From the NCBI GenBank assembly GCA_965113315.1, contig OZ220371.1: a stretch of 64,000 nt of DNA. One strand, written 5' to 3'. The stretch comes from Podarcis vaucheri. Taxonomy: Eukaryota. The position numbers were made by a program, and so were the translations under genes. Shown here one piece after another: positions 38,075 to 49,706 of this stretch (its first letter is position 1; each line of letters opens with the position of its first letter). The notes beneath the pieces were generated by a model. That model was not told the origin of the DNA. It saw only the letters and a program-made list of their open reading frames with translations, and ran no database searches.

Positions 38075-38431
38075 AAGGTAAAGGTACCCCTGCCCGTACG
38101 GGCCAGTCTTGCCAGACTCTAGGGTTGTGCGCCCATCTCACTCAAGAGGCCGTGGGCCAGCGCTGTCCGAAGACACTTCCGGGTCACGTGGCCAGCGTGA
38201 CATCGCTGCTCTGGCGAACCAGAGCCGCACACGGAAACGCCGTTTACCTTCCCGCTGGTAAGCGGTCCCTATTTATCTACTTGCACCCGGAGGTGCTTTC
38301 GAACTGCTAGGTTGGCAGGCGCTGGGACCGAACGACGGGAGCGCACCCCGCCGCAGGGATTCGAACCGCCGACCTTTCGATCGGCAAGCCCTAGGTGCTG
38401 AAGCTTTTACCCACAGCGCCACCTGCGTCCC
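38075..38431 (-). mobile_element. Sauria SINE, full length, young
   Basis: AAGGTAAAGGTA tail on the plus strand, CpGs retained, perfect 14-bp TSD TAATCTGGACATTA at 38061-38074 and 38433-38446. Confidence 0.93.
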
Positions 38432-38635
38432 ATAATCTGGACATTACACTTCAGCAAATAGACCTGTAACCTGTCAGGATTTCAAATCAGAAAGCCTCTT
38501 CCAAGTAAACCACTTTATTCCACACTTTCCCCTCCTGAACAGTTAGGCAGCATTCCTTGCCACTGAGCACATCAATCCTTACATGGCTATTTTCATGCTA
38601 CCTCTTTCCTCAAATATATATATATATATATATAT

Positions 38636-38932
38636 ATGCTTTCGTAGATTTTCACGGGTACAGGAATGCAGGTTTTGGTGTCTTCGGGTGTCTTCCCGTG
38701 TAAGAGTCGGGGTGTCTGTGCGACGTTTCGACGAGGTCTCACTCGTCATCTTCAGGCTGGTGCTTTCGGCTTCTTGTTACTGGAACAGAGCAGAGTCTGG
38801 TATTTGAGTTCCTATAAATACTGTTGAGGGGTGTGGTGTATAGCCTCCAACGTTCTGGGCAGAGAGGAAGTTCCTAGATTAGTGTGCCTTTTCTTCTTAC
38901 ACGGGAAGACACCCGAAGACACCAAAACCTGC

Positions 38933-38934
<2 letters not shown>
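38636..38934 (-). mobile_element. Penelope-like element pseudo-LTR remnant inserted in an (AT)n tract
   Basis: Minimal hammerhead motif, perfect 40-bp inverted repeat (38666-38705 / 38895-38934), (AT)n on both sides. Confidence 0.75.
38718..38760 (-). ncRNA. Minimal type I hammerhead ribozyme motif (Penelope type)
   Basis: Minus strand: GC-CUGAAGA-U-GACGAG-UGAGAC-CUCGUC-GAAA-CGUC-GC. Core intact, stem II 6 bp, palindromic ACGU stem III, predicted cleavage 3' of C at 38722; stem I only 2 bp. Confidence 0.7.

Positions 38935-38985
<51 letters not shown>
38933..38985. repeat. Compound (AT)n(AC)n microsatellite
   Basis: Read directly; a second (AT)n tract lies at 38613-38637. Confidence 0.95.
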
Positions 38986-38986
<1 letters not shown>

Positions 38987-41150
38987 CAAAAATACTAATA
39001 CTTTCCCCTTGGATATGGGTATTGCTGTTTAGCTATATAAGAATTCAAATAGAGAGTGATATCCATTCAAGGCATATTCTGAGGAGGCCCATTAAAATGA
39101 ATGGGCTTGAGCTATTTTGATTTTTATTTCAATGGGTCTATTCTGAGAACGACTAATATTGGATATCACCCATACTGTTCATGTCATATACATCCAGTAA
39201 TATAAATTTTCAAAAGTCCATTGTGGGAGGACATCAGTAAAGCAGAGAGATACTAAACAGTGCAATTCGATTAAACTTTTCTCCCATCAAGTTAGCTTTC
39301 TAGACTTCAACTGTAATAATATGAAATAGAAAATAACAAACACAGAGACAAAAAAAATAGTAAAAAAAAATTGAGGCAAGAAACAGGAAATATGAGGCAG
39401 ATTCTGGGACAGAAATGGGAAGAGTTCAAAGCTGGAAAGTACATTCTTAGTATAGAGCTTTGGAAGAGAACCACTAAGAATAAATGTTCTTTAGGACTGT
39501 ATATCATTCTTATATTTAGTAACAGCTGAAACAGCAAGAATAGATGCTTCATAGAATTAACAAGATTACTTTCTGTTTCAAGGTAAATTGGTCTATGCAC
39601 TCAAAAGGAAAAGAACACTATCATAAATGCCACCAATTTAATTTATTAATGTAATGAGATTTAAACTTTCCAAATGAGCAAGATGAAATGAGTCCAAGAA
39701 CAATATCTTCAGCCATTAACATGACTAAGAGCAACATCATTTCTTACAAATGTAAGACAGCCACCATATAGCTCTAGGACAATTTCAACAAAAGTGTTTC
39801 AAATAGATATATAACATAGATATACATACACATATAGATATATAGATATATCTGTTTATGTTCATGGCAGGTTCTAAAAGTGGAGTCCAAGAATGCCAAG
39901 TAGTGCTTCTCCCAATTTTGGAAATCCTTTCGGTCCTAGAGCTCCATCTCAATAGCAAGCAATGAGCGTGCATTTATGCAAGGTGCTTTTCATGGTAGAA
40001 AAAAAAATAAGGCTTTTAACCTAATATTTGAAAAATTATCTAGGCTGGCTTCCCTGCTAGTTTGGGATGACTACCCCATGCTTTTAAAATCCATCGTTCT
40101 ATGATAATAATATAAGAGATACTCTGCATATTTGAGCTATCATACAGGAATGCCTATTCTATATGATATAAAGAAGAAGCAGCAATCCATTTTGCCAACC
40201 TAAAACTACCTTACAAAAATAAAACTTGAGTTTTGTTTTACCTCAGCAGCATTTCATTTCTACAGCAAGTTATACAGCAGAAAGAAAGCTGTTTTATGAA
40301 CTTTCAACATCAACAATATTAGGAAACCTAGAAAATGGAAACCACGAAAAGTATCTATTGCCTCTTTCCTCAACAACCATGAGCTGTAACCAAGATCAAA
40401 CTTCAGTTGCCACTCAGATTTAGTGAAGCAAGAGCTTAACCTTGAGTCCCATTTTGGCCAACATGCTATGCCAAATTTTAGCTCAGTGCAACACGGCAGC
40501 AAAAATGGGCAGAAAGAAAGCAGTGGTGAGCACTTCTCCAGGAACCTGCACGTTAATGCAGTCTCATGAACCCAAAGCATGGCTTAGTGCGTCACACAGA
40601 CCAAGCTAAAACCGCTTCTTTTTGTGAACCAAATGTTCTGTACTGCTGTGTTGTTTTTATTAAATTTATTTTATTTTGGTGCTGTTAAATTGTTTCAAGT
40701 TTCTAGTAAACAAGATTATAAGCATTAACAGAGACTGTACTATAGGATGAGTAATTGGTCACATTTCCACTTGGGAGTAACTTCAATTATCCTTTCACCA
40801 CCCAAGAAAGCAAACTTGCAAATAACCCCTTTTTGCGATCAATCAATTATAACGCCATCACTTCAGCATTTTGGAAATTACTCTTGCTGCCCCCACCCCA
40901 CCATACAGTGATTATGCTAGTGAGCAGCAGTAAATTATCAATCAAAACTAGCTTCCTAAACAGAGTCTGGCATTGAAGCAGCATGGGGACTCAAGTAACT
41001 CTAGGCCATGCCCATCTATCAAGGTGGCAGGAAGGAGAAAAAGAAAGAGTACTATAAAGTTTAAACATGCTCACACACCAGAGCAGCCCTAACCTCTTCA
41101 ACAGTGGCTGAGGCCACAAGTTCCAGTGACTGTGATAAACTAGGGGAATT

Positions 41151-41190
41151 TATTATTATTGTTATTGTTATTGTTATTGTTATTAATTAT
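41151..41190. repeat. (TTATTG)n/(TTA)n microsatellite
   Basis: Read directly. Confidence 0.85.
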
Positions 41191-42194
41191 TTGCGCTTAT
41201 TAGTTGCTTTTTTACCAAAAAGATAAGCAAAGCAATCTAGAAAAATATTAAATGAGCATGTGTCAATTAAAAATGTCCTCACAGTACAATGATGGGAAAG
41301 TCCTAAAATTAGGAGACAAAAATGTTAAGTGCCCACTTAAGGCAGGAGACTTGAAATGAGATGGATGCTATAGGTAACAGATAGGTGAAGATGAGAAAGA
41401 GACAATTTAGTGGCCAACAGATAGAAAGCAGAGAGAGAGAGAGGAATCCAGAACAGCATTAAATGAGCTAGTAAGGGAGGCAACATGCACTTGGCTTTCC
41501 GCTATGTTCTAGGGAAAAGGATCACAAAATCCTTCTCTTCCCCTTCAATCCCGTCTCACTAGATTAAACAATATAGACCACACAAACACCCTTTCATCAA
41601 GGAAATAAGCCCCTATGGTGAAGTCTTCACCCCCACACATGCCGGTAATTTAAAAACTTTCATTTCCTACATGTTTTGAATCTCACAGTTTCAGAAGATT
41701 TTTGCATGAGAACAAGAGCTTGCATTGCTTTGGCAGCATGATCTTCCCATTACAACTAAAAACTAGGATTTGCCAGAGAAATGTGGTGTGTTTCCTTTGT
41801 AGGAAGCAACCTGAACTTGTGACCTTCAATACATCACTCAACTAACACAAAAAAACTATAGGTTGTCACGAAGAAGCTTGATTTCAGCCCATCACATGTA
41901 GCCATTTGGCTGATGCATCAGTTAACAACACCTAACTATAGGTTGTCTCTCCAACAATACTTTGCTGTGACAAGATATTGTGAAGAATAATAGCTGTTCC
42001 GGCTGAAACGCAATATCCAAATGGAATATTATTTTGTATACATTATGACATTGTCAAGAAAGCACTTTAACTCATCGTTCAACATTAAAGCCATGATGGG
42101 AAAGAGTAGGAGACAGAAGTTTTGGAAAGCAGAATTGGAAAAACAGTATAGCAGAACTGGGAAAACTTCAGAAAATGGCAACCAAAAATATTAT

Positions 42195-42540
42195 GAGGTT
42201 GGAGCAACTCCCCTATGAGGAAACATTTAAACTTTTTGAGATTTTTAGTTTGGGGGTAAAGACATGTGTAAAATTAGTCATGAAGTGGAGAAAATAAATA
42301 GATGTATGCTTTTCTCCTCATAACACTAGAAGCAAGAAACATCCAAAGAAGCTGAATGGTTGAAGATTTGGGACAGAAAAAACATGTACTTCTTCACAAA
42401 GAACATTGTCAAACTCTGTGATTTGATTCCAAAGGATGAGGTGATGGTCACCATAATGGATGGCTTTAAAAGAGGGGTTAGACAAATTCATGAAGCTTAC
42501 AGTTATGAATAGCTACTGTACTGCCTCCAGTTTCAGGAGT
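42195..42540 (+). mobile_element. CR1 LINE ORF2 3' fragment
   Basis: ccctatgaggaa...tacttcttcacaaag...gatggctttaaaagaggggttagacaaattcatg, typical of the CR1 end. Confidence 0.75.
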
Positions 42541-43531
42541 AGTATAAGAACTTGAGAAGAGGATCAGACTCGTGGCCCATCCAGCCCTCCTCAGCTCCTG
42601 TCGGTTTCCAACCCCCCCCTCTCTCTCCCCCCCCAATCTCTCTGTATATATATACACACACACACAGTTTAAAAGCTGCTCTGCGACCTTTTTATTTTAA
42701 GCTGGAGGACACATGGGAAAGTGGCTGCTGCGCTACCGCACATATCAGCTGTTAGATGTGGAGGCTGAACAACATAAACAAACCCCCACTGTGCCTCTGG
42801 TCTCTTTGGGGCTTCCTCCACCCTCACTGATGGCCTCACCGGGCTCCAATGAGGGTCTCCTCGTGAGCCACAAGGACTCTCCTGCCATTTCTGGGTTTGG
42901 ATTTAATTATTTCCCAGCACCGTGCATAAACGTGGTCACATGCAAGTCGGTCACACATAAGTGGGCAGACAGCTGTTCATATTAACTAGCACTTTTTTCC
43001 AAATTAAAAATGAGGGAGCAGATAGTCATCAGCACCGCCACACACGAGAGAAGGTTTAAGCCTTCCCACCCCAATCACAATCTCGGGGGACGGGACTCTT
43101 CCCAAAAGCTCCTACTGACATCAACCTCTAAGTTTTTGTTTTGTTTTTACTAGGATCACAACCAGAGAGGGAAAGCTTAAACTTCCTCTCCGTCCACAGA
43201 GTGCTGGCAATGACTATCATTCCCTCATCCAACCTCCACATACCTGTTAATTAACCAATGACACTATTCTAATTAAGTCATTAGTGGCATGTGGCATTAA
43301 GTCCCCAGAGATCCTTTTTCCATTGCTTGTCCATCTGGTAGATGGGAACTAAGTCAAGTATCCCACCAAACAACAACATTTCATTTTACGAAAGAGCAAG
43401 GAACGGCCTTGAGCAAGAGATGGGTGCAGACATTTGGGGACTGTTCTTCCTTTGTTGTTGCTTTTCCAATCCAGTGTCCTCCAAATGTTTGGGCTACAAC
43501 TCTCATCAGTCCCAACCAGCGTGGTCTATAG

Positions 43532-43779
43532 CAGGGGTCAGCAAACTTTTTCAGCCGTGGGCCGGTCCACCATCCCTCAGACCATGTGGTGGGCCAGACT
43601 ATATTTTTTTGGGGGGGGGGGGAATGAACGAATTCCTATACTCCACAAATAACCCAGAGATTAATTTTAAATAAAAGCACACATTCTACTCAGGTAAAAA
43701 CACGCTGATTCCCGGACCGTCTGATTGAGAAGGCGATTGAGCCGCATCCGGCCAACAGGCCTTAGGTTGCCTACCCCTG
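43532..43779 (+). mobile_element. hAT MITE nested in an older palindromic MITE (about 43470-43850)
   Basis: TIRs CAGGGGTCAGCAA / TTGCCTACCCCTG; perfect 8-bp TSD GTCTATAG. Confidence 0.92.
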
Positions 43780-44508
43780 GTCTATAGTCAGGAATTATGA
43801 GAGCTATGGTGTAAAACATCTGGAGAGTACTAGGTTAGGGAAGCTGTGCTGCAACTTTAACTTCAACAATTCATTAAAACACAGAAATTTTGAAGAGTTC
43901 AAGCTATGTTGCTCACATTGTGTTAAGAGTAAATCCACTTTCATTCCCACAAGGGTTGGGGGATATACAGTGTAATGAAGGAGAGTTATTTATGCCTTCT
44001 ATAGCAACTGCCAGACATTCTTTAGGGAGGCCGAAATCAGATTTTGAGAACTCTCAGTCAAGACACAAGGAAAACTTTCATTTTGAAGGAATAACTACTA
44101 GTCTCTCTACTACTGTTAGCCATGCTCTCATTAGACAGAGGAGTTTATAAGTATTTCTGTGCTATGAGAAATGTACTGATACCAGGAAAAGTGCTTATCT
44201 GCTTTTCCCTGATAATTAGTATGAAGCAGAATCAATGGTTGTTGTTACAGAATCAAAATGTGCCAGAAAAAAATAATTAATAAAGTATAATAAATCATTA
44301 GACCCAAACACCACATTGGGGAATTTTGGAGAAGCATTAGGAAGAGGCAGCACCGCTAGGAACAATACAAAATCTCATTAAAATCTACTATTACACAAGA
44401 GAATTGGATTGTAGTGAATGCTCTACTAGAACTCTGCATTTTAAAGCATGTGAGTAGATACAATTTAAGAGAACTGTGAGAAATACCCTAACAAAGAAAT
44501 TAAAAATA

Positions 44509-44750
44509 CAGTGGTACCTCTTGTTACGTACTTAATTCGTTCCGGAGGTCCATTCTTAACTTGAAATTGTTCTTAACCTGAAGCACCACTTTAGCTAATG
44601 GGGCCTCCCGCTGCTGCCGCGCAACCGCCGTGTGATTTCTGTTCTCATCCTGAAGCAAAGTTCTTAACCCGAGGTACTATTTCTGGGTTAGCGGAGTCTG
44701 TAACCTGAAGCGTATGCAACCTGAAGCGTATGTAACCCGAGGTACCACTG
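44509..44750 (+). mobile_element. Tc1/mariner MITE, family A
   Basis: Same TIRs, TA flanks, 242 bp. Confidence 0.9.
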
Positions 44751-44884
44751 TATTTGAAAAATGGCCAGAAGAGGAGCACATATAAAAAGAAGATATCCAA
44801 AGCTTATCAATATAAGAGTTACAGGGCCAAGGAATCAACAAACATAAACTGTTTCTATCCTTTTTTTTTTTAGAATAATCTTTT

Positions 44885-45175
44885 CACAAAGGCCTGTCAG
44901 CAAAAAGGGGGGGGGGCGTGGGTTTTCAAAACACGCCTGAAAGTTATGCCTGATTAATCTGCTGAAGAGTGTTCCACAGCATAGGACAGGCAACACTAAA
45001 AGCCCAGCTTCTGGTTGAGGTCAATCAAGCCTTTAACACAGGGAGACAACTAACACTCCTGCAGGTGATCTCAGTGATCGACAAGGGCTCAGGCTGTCCT
45101 GAAAGTCCCCTTGTCCCAAGTTGTTCTGGGCTTTGAATATCAGCAAAAGAGCCTTGAAACTGGCTCAGTTAAACA
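44885..45175 (-). mobile_element. L2 fragment, degenerate
   Basis: Similar to 30360-30700 (gtcccaagttgttc...gggctttg...ccttgaa). Confidence 0.65.
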
Positions 45176-45262
45176 GTACAAAGGATAGATTCTGGTGTCA
45201 CATGGACAACTGAGATCTCTCTGCACGTATGCATGTGTATATGTATAAATTAGATACAGATA

Positions 45263-45892
45263 TTCTTCTTTGGCGATCACTCGTAGCCGAGTAAGATTGT
45301 ACAGTGGTGTCTCGCAAGACGAAAAGAATCCGTTCTGTGATTCTCTTCGTCTAGCGGTTTTTTCGTCTTGCGAAGCAAGCCCATTGACGGATTAGCGGAT
45401 TAGCGGTTTTTAGCGGCTTAGCGGTTTTTAGCGGCTTATCGGATCAGCTGATAAGCGGCTTAGTGGCTTAGAAAAAGGGGGGAGGGGGAAAACCCGCAGG
45501 AACTCGCAAGACATTTTCGTCTTGCGAAGCAAGCCCATAGGAGATTCGTTTTGCGAAGCACCTCCAAAACGGAAAACTCTTTCGTCTAGCGAGTCTTCCG
45601 TCTTGCGAGGCATTCGTCTTGCGGGGCACCACTGTAATAATGACTGTGGAGGCCAATTCTGGATCCACACGTCCTTCCACAGTGGGGACATTGGTTTCCG
45701 GGTGGGAGTTGATCATGGTGTGGATTTGCCAAGCATGCCTTCCTCCTAGCACGTTTCTCCCTTGCCTCCTGAGTTCAAGTGTCTTCAAAGCCCATGACAC
45801 CTTTGATAAAAGCTGTTCTCCAACTGGAGCGCTCGCAGGCCAGTGTTTCCCAGCTGTCCGTGTTTATACTTCATTTTTAAAGATTTGCCTTG
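45263..45892 (-). mobile_element. RTE-clade LINE 3' fragment, interrupted by MITE D
   Basis: A minus frame gives ...HHDQLPPGNQCPHCGRTCGSRIGLHSH, the RTE C-terminal zinc-finger motif; (GAA)n tail. Confidence 0.85.
45302..45634 (+). mobile_element. Tc1/mariner MITE, family D, nested in an RTE fragment
   Basis: TIRs CAGTGGTGTCTCGCAAGACGAA / TTCGTCTTGCGGGGCACCACTG, TA flanks, internal TTAGCGG micro-repeats. Confidence 0.9.
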
Positions 45893-46036
45893 ATATAGCA
45901 CATGTTAAAAGGGCAGATGGAAGACAAACATTTGCTGCTGTCTAGTGGGGTAGCCATATTCATCTTACAGAAGGTGGCCCCATTCTATCCCAGCCCTCTC
46001 AACTACCACTCATTTCATAATACAGAATAAGTACTA

Positions 46037-46389
46037 CAGTGGTGCCCCGCAAGACGAATGCCTCGCAAGACGGAAAATCCGCTAGACGAAAGGGTTTTCC
46101 GTTTTTGAGCTGCTTCGCAAGACGATTTTCCCTATGGGCTTGCTTTGCAAGACGAAAACGTCTTGCGAGTGTTCCGATTTTTCCCCCCTCCCCCCTTTTT
46201 CTAAGCCGCTAATAGCCTTTTAGCCGCTAATCCGCTAAGCCTTTAATAGCCGCTAATCCGCTAATAGCCGCTAAACCGCTAATAGCGCTAATCCGCTAAG
46301 CTGCTAACAGGGTTGCTTCGCAAGACGAAAAAACCGCTAGATGAAGAGGCTCGCGGAACGGATTAATTTTGTCTTGCGAGGCACCACTG
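46037..46389 (-). mobile_element. Tc1/mariner MITE, family D, inverted copy
   Basis: Reverse-complement homolog of 45302-45634; TA flanks; internal CCGCTAA repeats. Confidence 0.9.
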
Positions 46390-46433
46390 TACTGACCTTA
46401 GAGGCCTGTTGTAAAGATTACCAAGATAATATA

Positions 46434-46651
46434 CATTAAGTCTGCAGTTTATGCACATTTAACTTGTGTGCATTCAGCTTTACACAAGTGGCAATAAACA
46501 AATAAAAAACAAACAAAAAGGAAGTGGAATTCCAAGGAAATGACTTTGGAAATCCCACCTGCCATTGAACCCAATGTGTTTTGATTATACGTAACTTTGG
46601 CTTTAAACGTGATCCCTGTAACGTAACCCCTGTGTAAGTTGAGGGCTTACT
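46434..46651. mobile_element. Old Tigger-like MITE
   Basis: Decayed TA|CA.TAAG...CTTACTG|TA ends; shares gcacatttaacttgtg with a fragment at about 2970-3020. Confidence 0.5.
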
Positions 46652-48484
46652 GTATGGGAAGTACTCTGAAAACTTGAACTGTGCTACAGTATATGAAATA
46701 AATGCCAAATATCATCACTGACTTGGAAGACAATTTTTCCAGTGGTCTGTTTTCTCATTTAACCACGTCTCCTCACAGTTCCCATATGGCTGAATAGAGA
46801 CAATATTTCCTTTAACACATGTCTAATAATTTAAATGCTTAATCATTCCTCAGAGAAACTTACATAAATTAGGTTTGCTGCAAATTAGATATAAACGGAA
46901 CAGAATAGGCTGTTCAAAATCAAAGCTATACATGAGATCAAAGGACCAGGGCACTGTGTTTAGTCGAAACATGGTCTCAACCAGCCAGCTACACGTACAC
47001 CATCTCAAAGCACAACACAATATTTAATGAAACTTATTTTAAATATGATGAGGAATTCTGCAGAAAATATAATGAACCAGACAAAAGACTGATTAATACT
47101 CAGTGATTTAGGATCTCAAGGTTGTTGAACATTTACATGACAATCAAGGATCGCCATATCCATTGAGTGGGCTGAAATATGTCAATGGGAGAGGGAGAGC
47201 AGTCAAAGGCAAGTTATATCAGGAATGAGGTACCAACTTAAGTCAGAGGGCAAATTCTCTGAGGACATTAGCTGGGCAACGTTAGCTAATAGGTACATAT
47301 TTAGTTACATATATTGTGCAGTGTGTTTAGTATAGTGTGTGTGAACATATGACATCACTGTGATGATGTCATTAGCATTTATTCACCATGAATATAGTAC
47401 GGCAGTTCTTAGTAAATTTTGGATATTGTAGCAAACAGAAATCTGAACATCAGTAAAATGTCTATTAACTGTATCCTTTAAAAAAATTAACAAGGCACAT
47501 TTATTGATACTGTAGCTTCATCAGAGAAACAAAATATTGTTGCCCTTTTATCTCATAAAACAGCTGGTTATAAACCATTTATCAAAATGTGACAAATTCC
47601 TTTTCAACAGCAGAGCTTTCTAGCGATTATCTAGCAGTAATCCCAAACCAATGTTACCCAGCTAACTAAAGCACACTCCCCCCCCCACACACACACACCA
47701 AGTTAAAAACTAAAGACATGTTTCTCTTACACCTCAAAAAGTTTTCTTTATGCTAAGTGTGCTAAAGCAGTTTCCCCTTTTTCCTATGAGAGTTCTGGCC
47801 AAGCTTTTCTGAGACCAGAAAGTTTTTCTATGTGTGCATCAGAAGCAAAACAGCTTAATCACATCAGTGAGGACATATGGAAGAATTCCCTCTTCTGAGA
47901 AGAGTGACTAGAAGAAAAGGCTAGAGCTGTGAATCACGTACACATACACCGAAGTCAATTCATCTGTGGGGTAAGGGATTTCGGCTCACAATTCATTAGC
48001 AGTTATCTCATGCAGAACTTGTAAATTACTACCCTAAACATTCTCAACACATTAAACTGCTTTCCCTAAGTAATACAATGAGCCCACACAATTTAAATAA
48101 ATGAATTTCTACTTTTAGGACAAGTCAAAATAGTTTTAATATTTTTTTCCATTTTCTGCTCTACCAAAATGTACAAAAGACTAATAAAATTAAAGTGCAC
48201 TAAGTATTCTAAATTATTTGTAGCTGGATTCCTAACAGATGCTCAGTTTTCTGCAAAGAGCAAAAAGATCCTAAGTCGGGTAGCCAAATGTTAAGGATAG
48301 ACCTTATAATGCTTCTGAAAGATGCACAGGCTTGAAATTAGTAGGCTGATTTCAGACAAATAGTACAATCCTATACATGTCAACTCATAATTAAGTTCCA
48401 TTGCGTTAAATGAACCTTACTGCCATGCAAGAGTACATAACACTGCAGCTTAAATAACTGCATCTAAGTCCTGTTGATTAATAG

Positions 48485-48620
48485 CAGGCTTCCTCAAACT
48501 CAGCCCTCCAGATGTTTTGAGACTACAATTCCTATCATCCCTGACCACTGGTCCTGCTAGCTAGTAATCATGGTAATTGTAGGCCAAAAACATCTGGCAG
48601 GCTGAATTTGAGGAAGCCTG
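48485..48620. mobile_element. Palindromic hAT MITE, 136 bp
   Basis: TIRs CAGGCTTCCTCAAACTCAGCC / GGCTGAATTTGAGGAAGCCTG; TSD AT(T/A)AATAG. Confidence 0.88.
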
Positions 48621-49610
48621 ATAAATAGGAACCAAGTCATGACTTACTTTTCTCATTCATTTCAATGGTACCCACGTACAACTAACTTAAGTCTAGTTTG
48701 AGCTCTTGTCCAAGGAATTCTATCATTGAGGGGCAACCACCAAGAACACCTCTCTCTAGATGGAATATATGTTGTTATGTACATCCAATTGCCCTGCGGA
48801 TATTTGCTCCTTCAAATAAGAACATAAGAAGACCCATCTGGTCCAACATCCTATTCTTACAGTGGCCAACTCCATGCTTGTAAGAACCCACAAGCAGGAT
48901 TTGAGTACAAGAGCACCCTCCCCTTGTTGCAGTGATAATTAAAATGGGTATTACAAAGGGCTTGTGCAAAAGGTAACAAGTTGACCTGGGATGAGGAAAA
49001 CCTATATTCAAAATTTTACCCAAACATGAAGTTCAACAAAGGGGAAGTCAGTAGCATGCAACATAACGCTGGGAAAGAGAAATGCATGAATCAGATTATT
49101 TTTAAAAAATAATCTTTTTTCTTTTGTTGCATATCCTTGGACACTAGTTAGAATGCACTGCTTGGATTGTAAATGCCACCTACATGTTTTCCAAGGCCTG
49201 ACTACAGAACTGTTTATACAAACCACTTATCTCAAGACTAGGAAAGGTACAAACAAAAGAGGTCTGGACGATTTTTTCCCACACTGAACCAACTTAACAC
49301 TCCAAAATTCACCCCTAATCATACAAAAAGAAAAGTAAGAACTGCTTTCTTAAGACATTCAATTGTGCAAATAATCTAAAAAGACTGCAATTTTTATTCA
49401 TTCATAACAATGTAATATAATAGTTCCTCTTAAAAATTAATGGATTTTATAACTATTATTATCATTTATTAAATTTGTATACACCCCTTCATCCAAAGGT
49501 CACAGGGTGGTTTACAGCACAAAAATACTAAATGAAAACACAATATACATATCAAAACAACAACCAACAAACCCCCTCCCACAAACACATTTAAAAGACC
49601 ACTAATTGCT

Positions 49611-49706
49611 TTGTTGTTGTTTAGTCGCGTGCGACTCTTCGTGACCCCATGGACCAGAGCACGCCAGGCACTTCTGTCTTCCACTGCCTCCCGCAGTTTG
49701 GTCAGA
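49611..49706 (-). mobile_element. BovB LINE 3' end
   Basis: Translates LTKLREAVEDRSAWRALVHGVTKSRTRLN with a (CAA)n tail; nested in an older LINE-tail repeat (about 49460-49780). Confidence 0.9.

Noticed and set aside
45385-45470. Telomere-like repeats
   Set aside because: The unit is TTAGCGG, internal to MITE family D, not TTAGGG.
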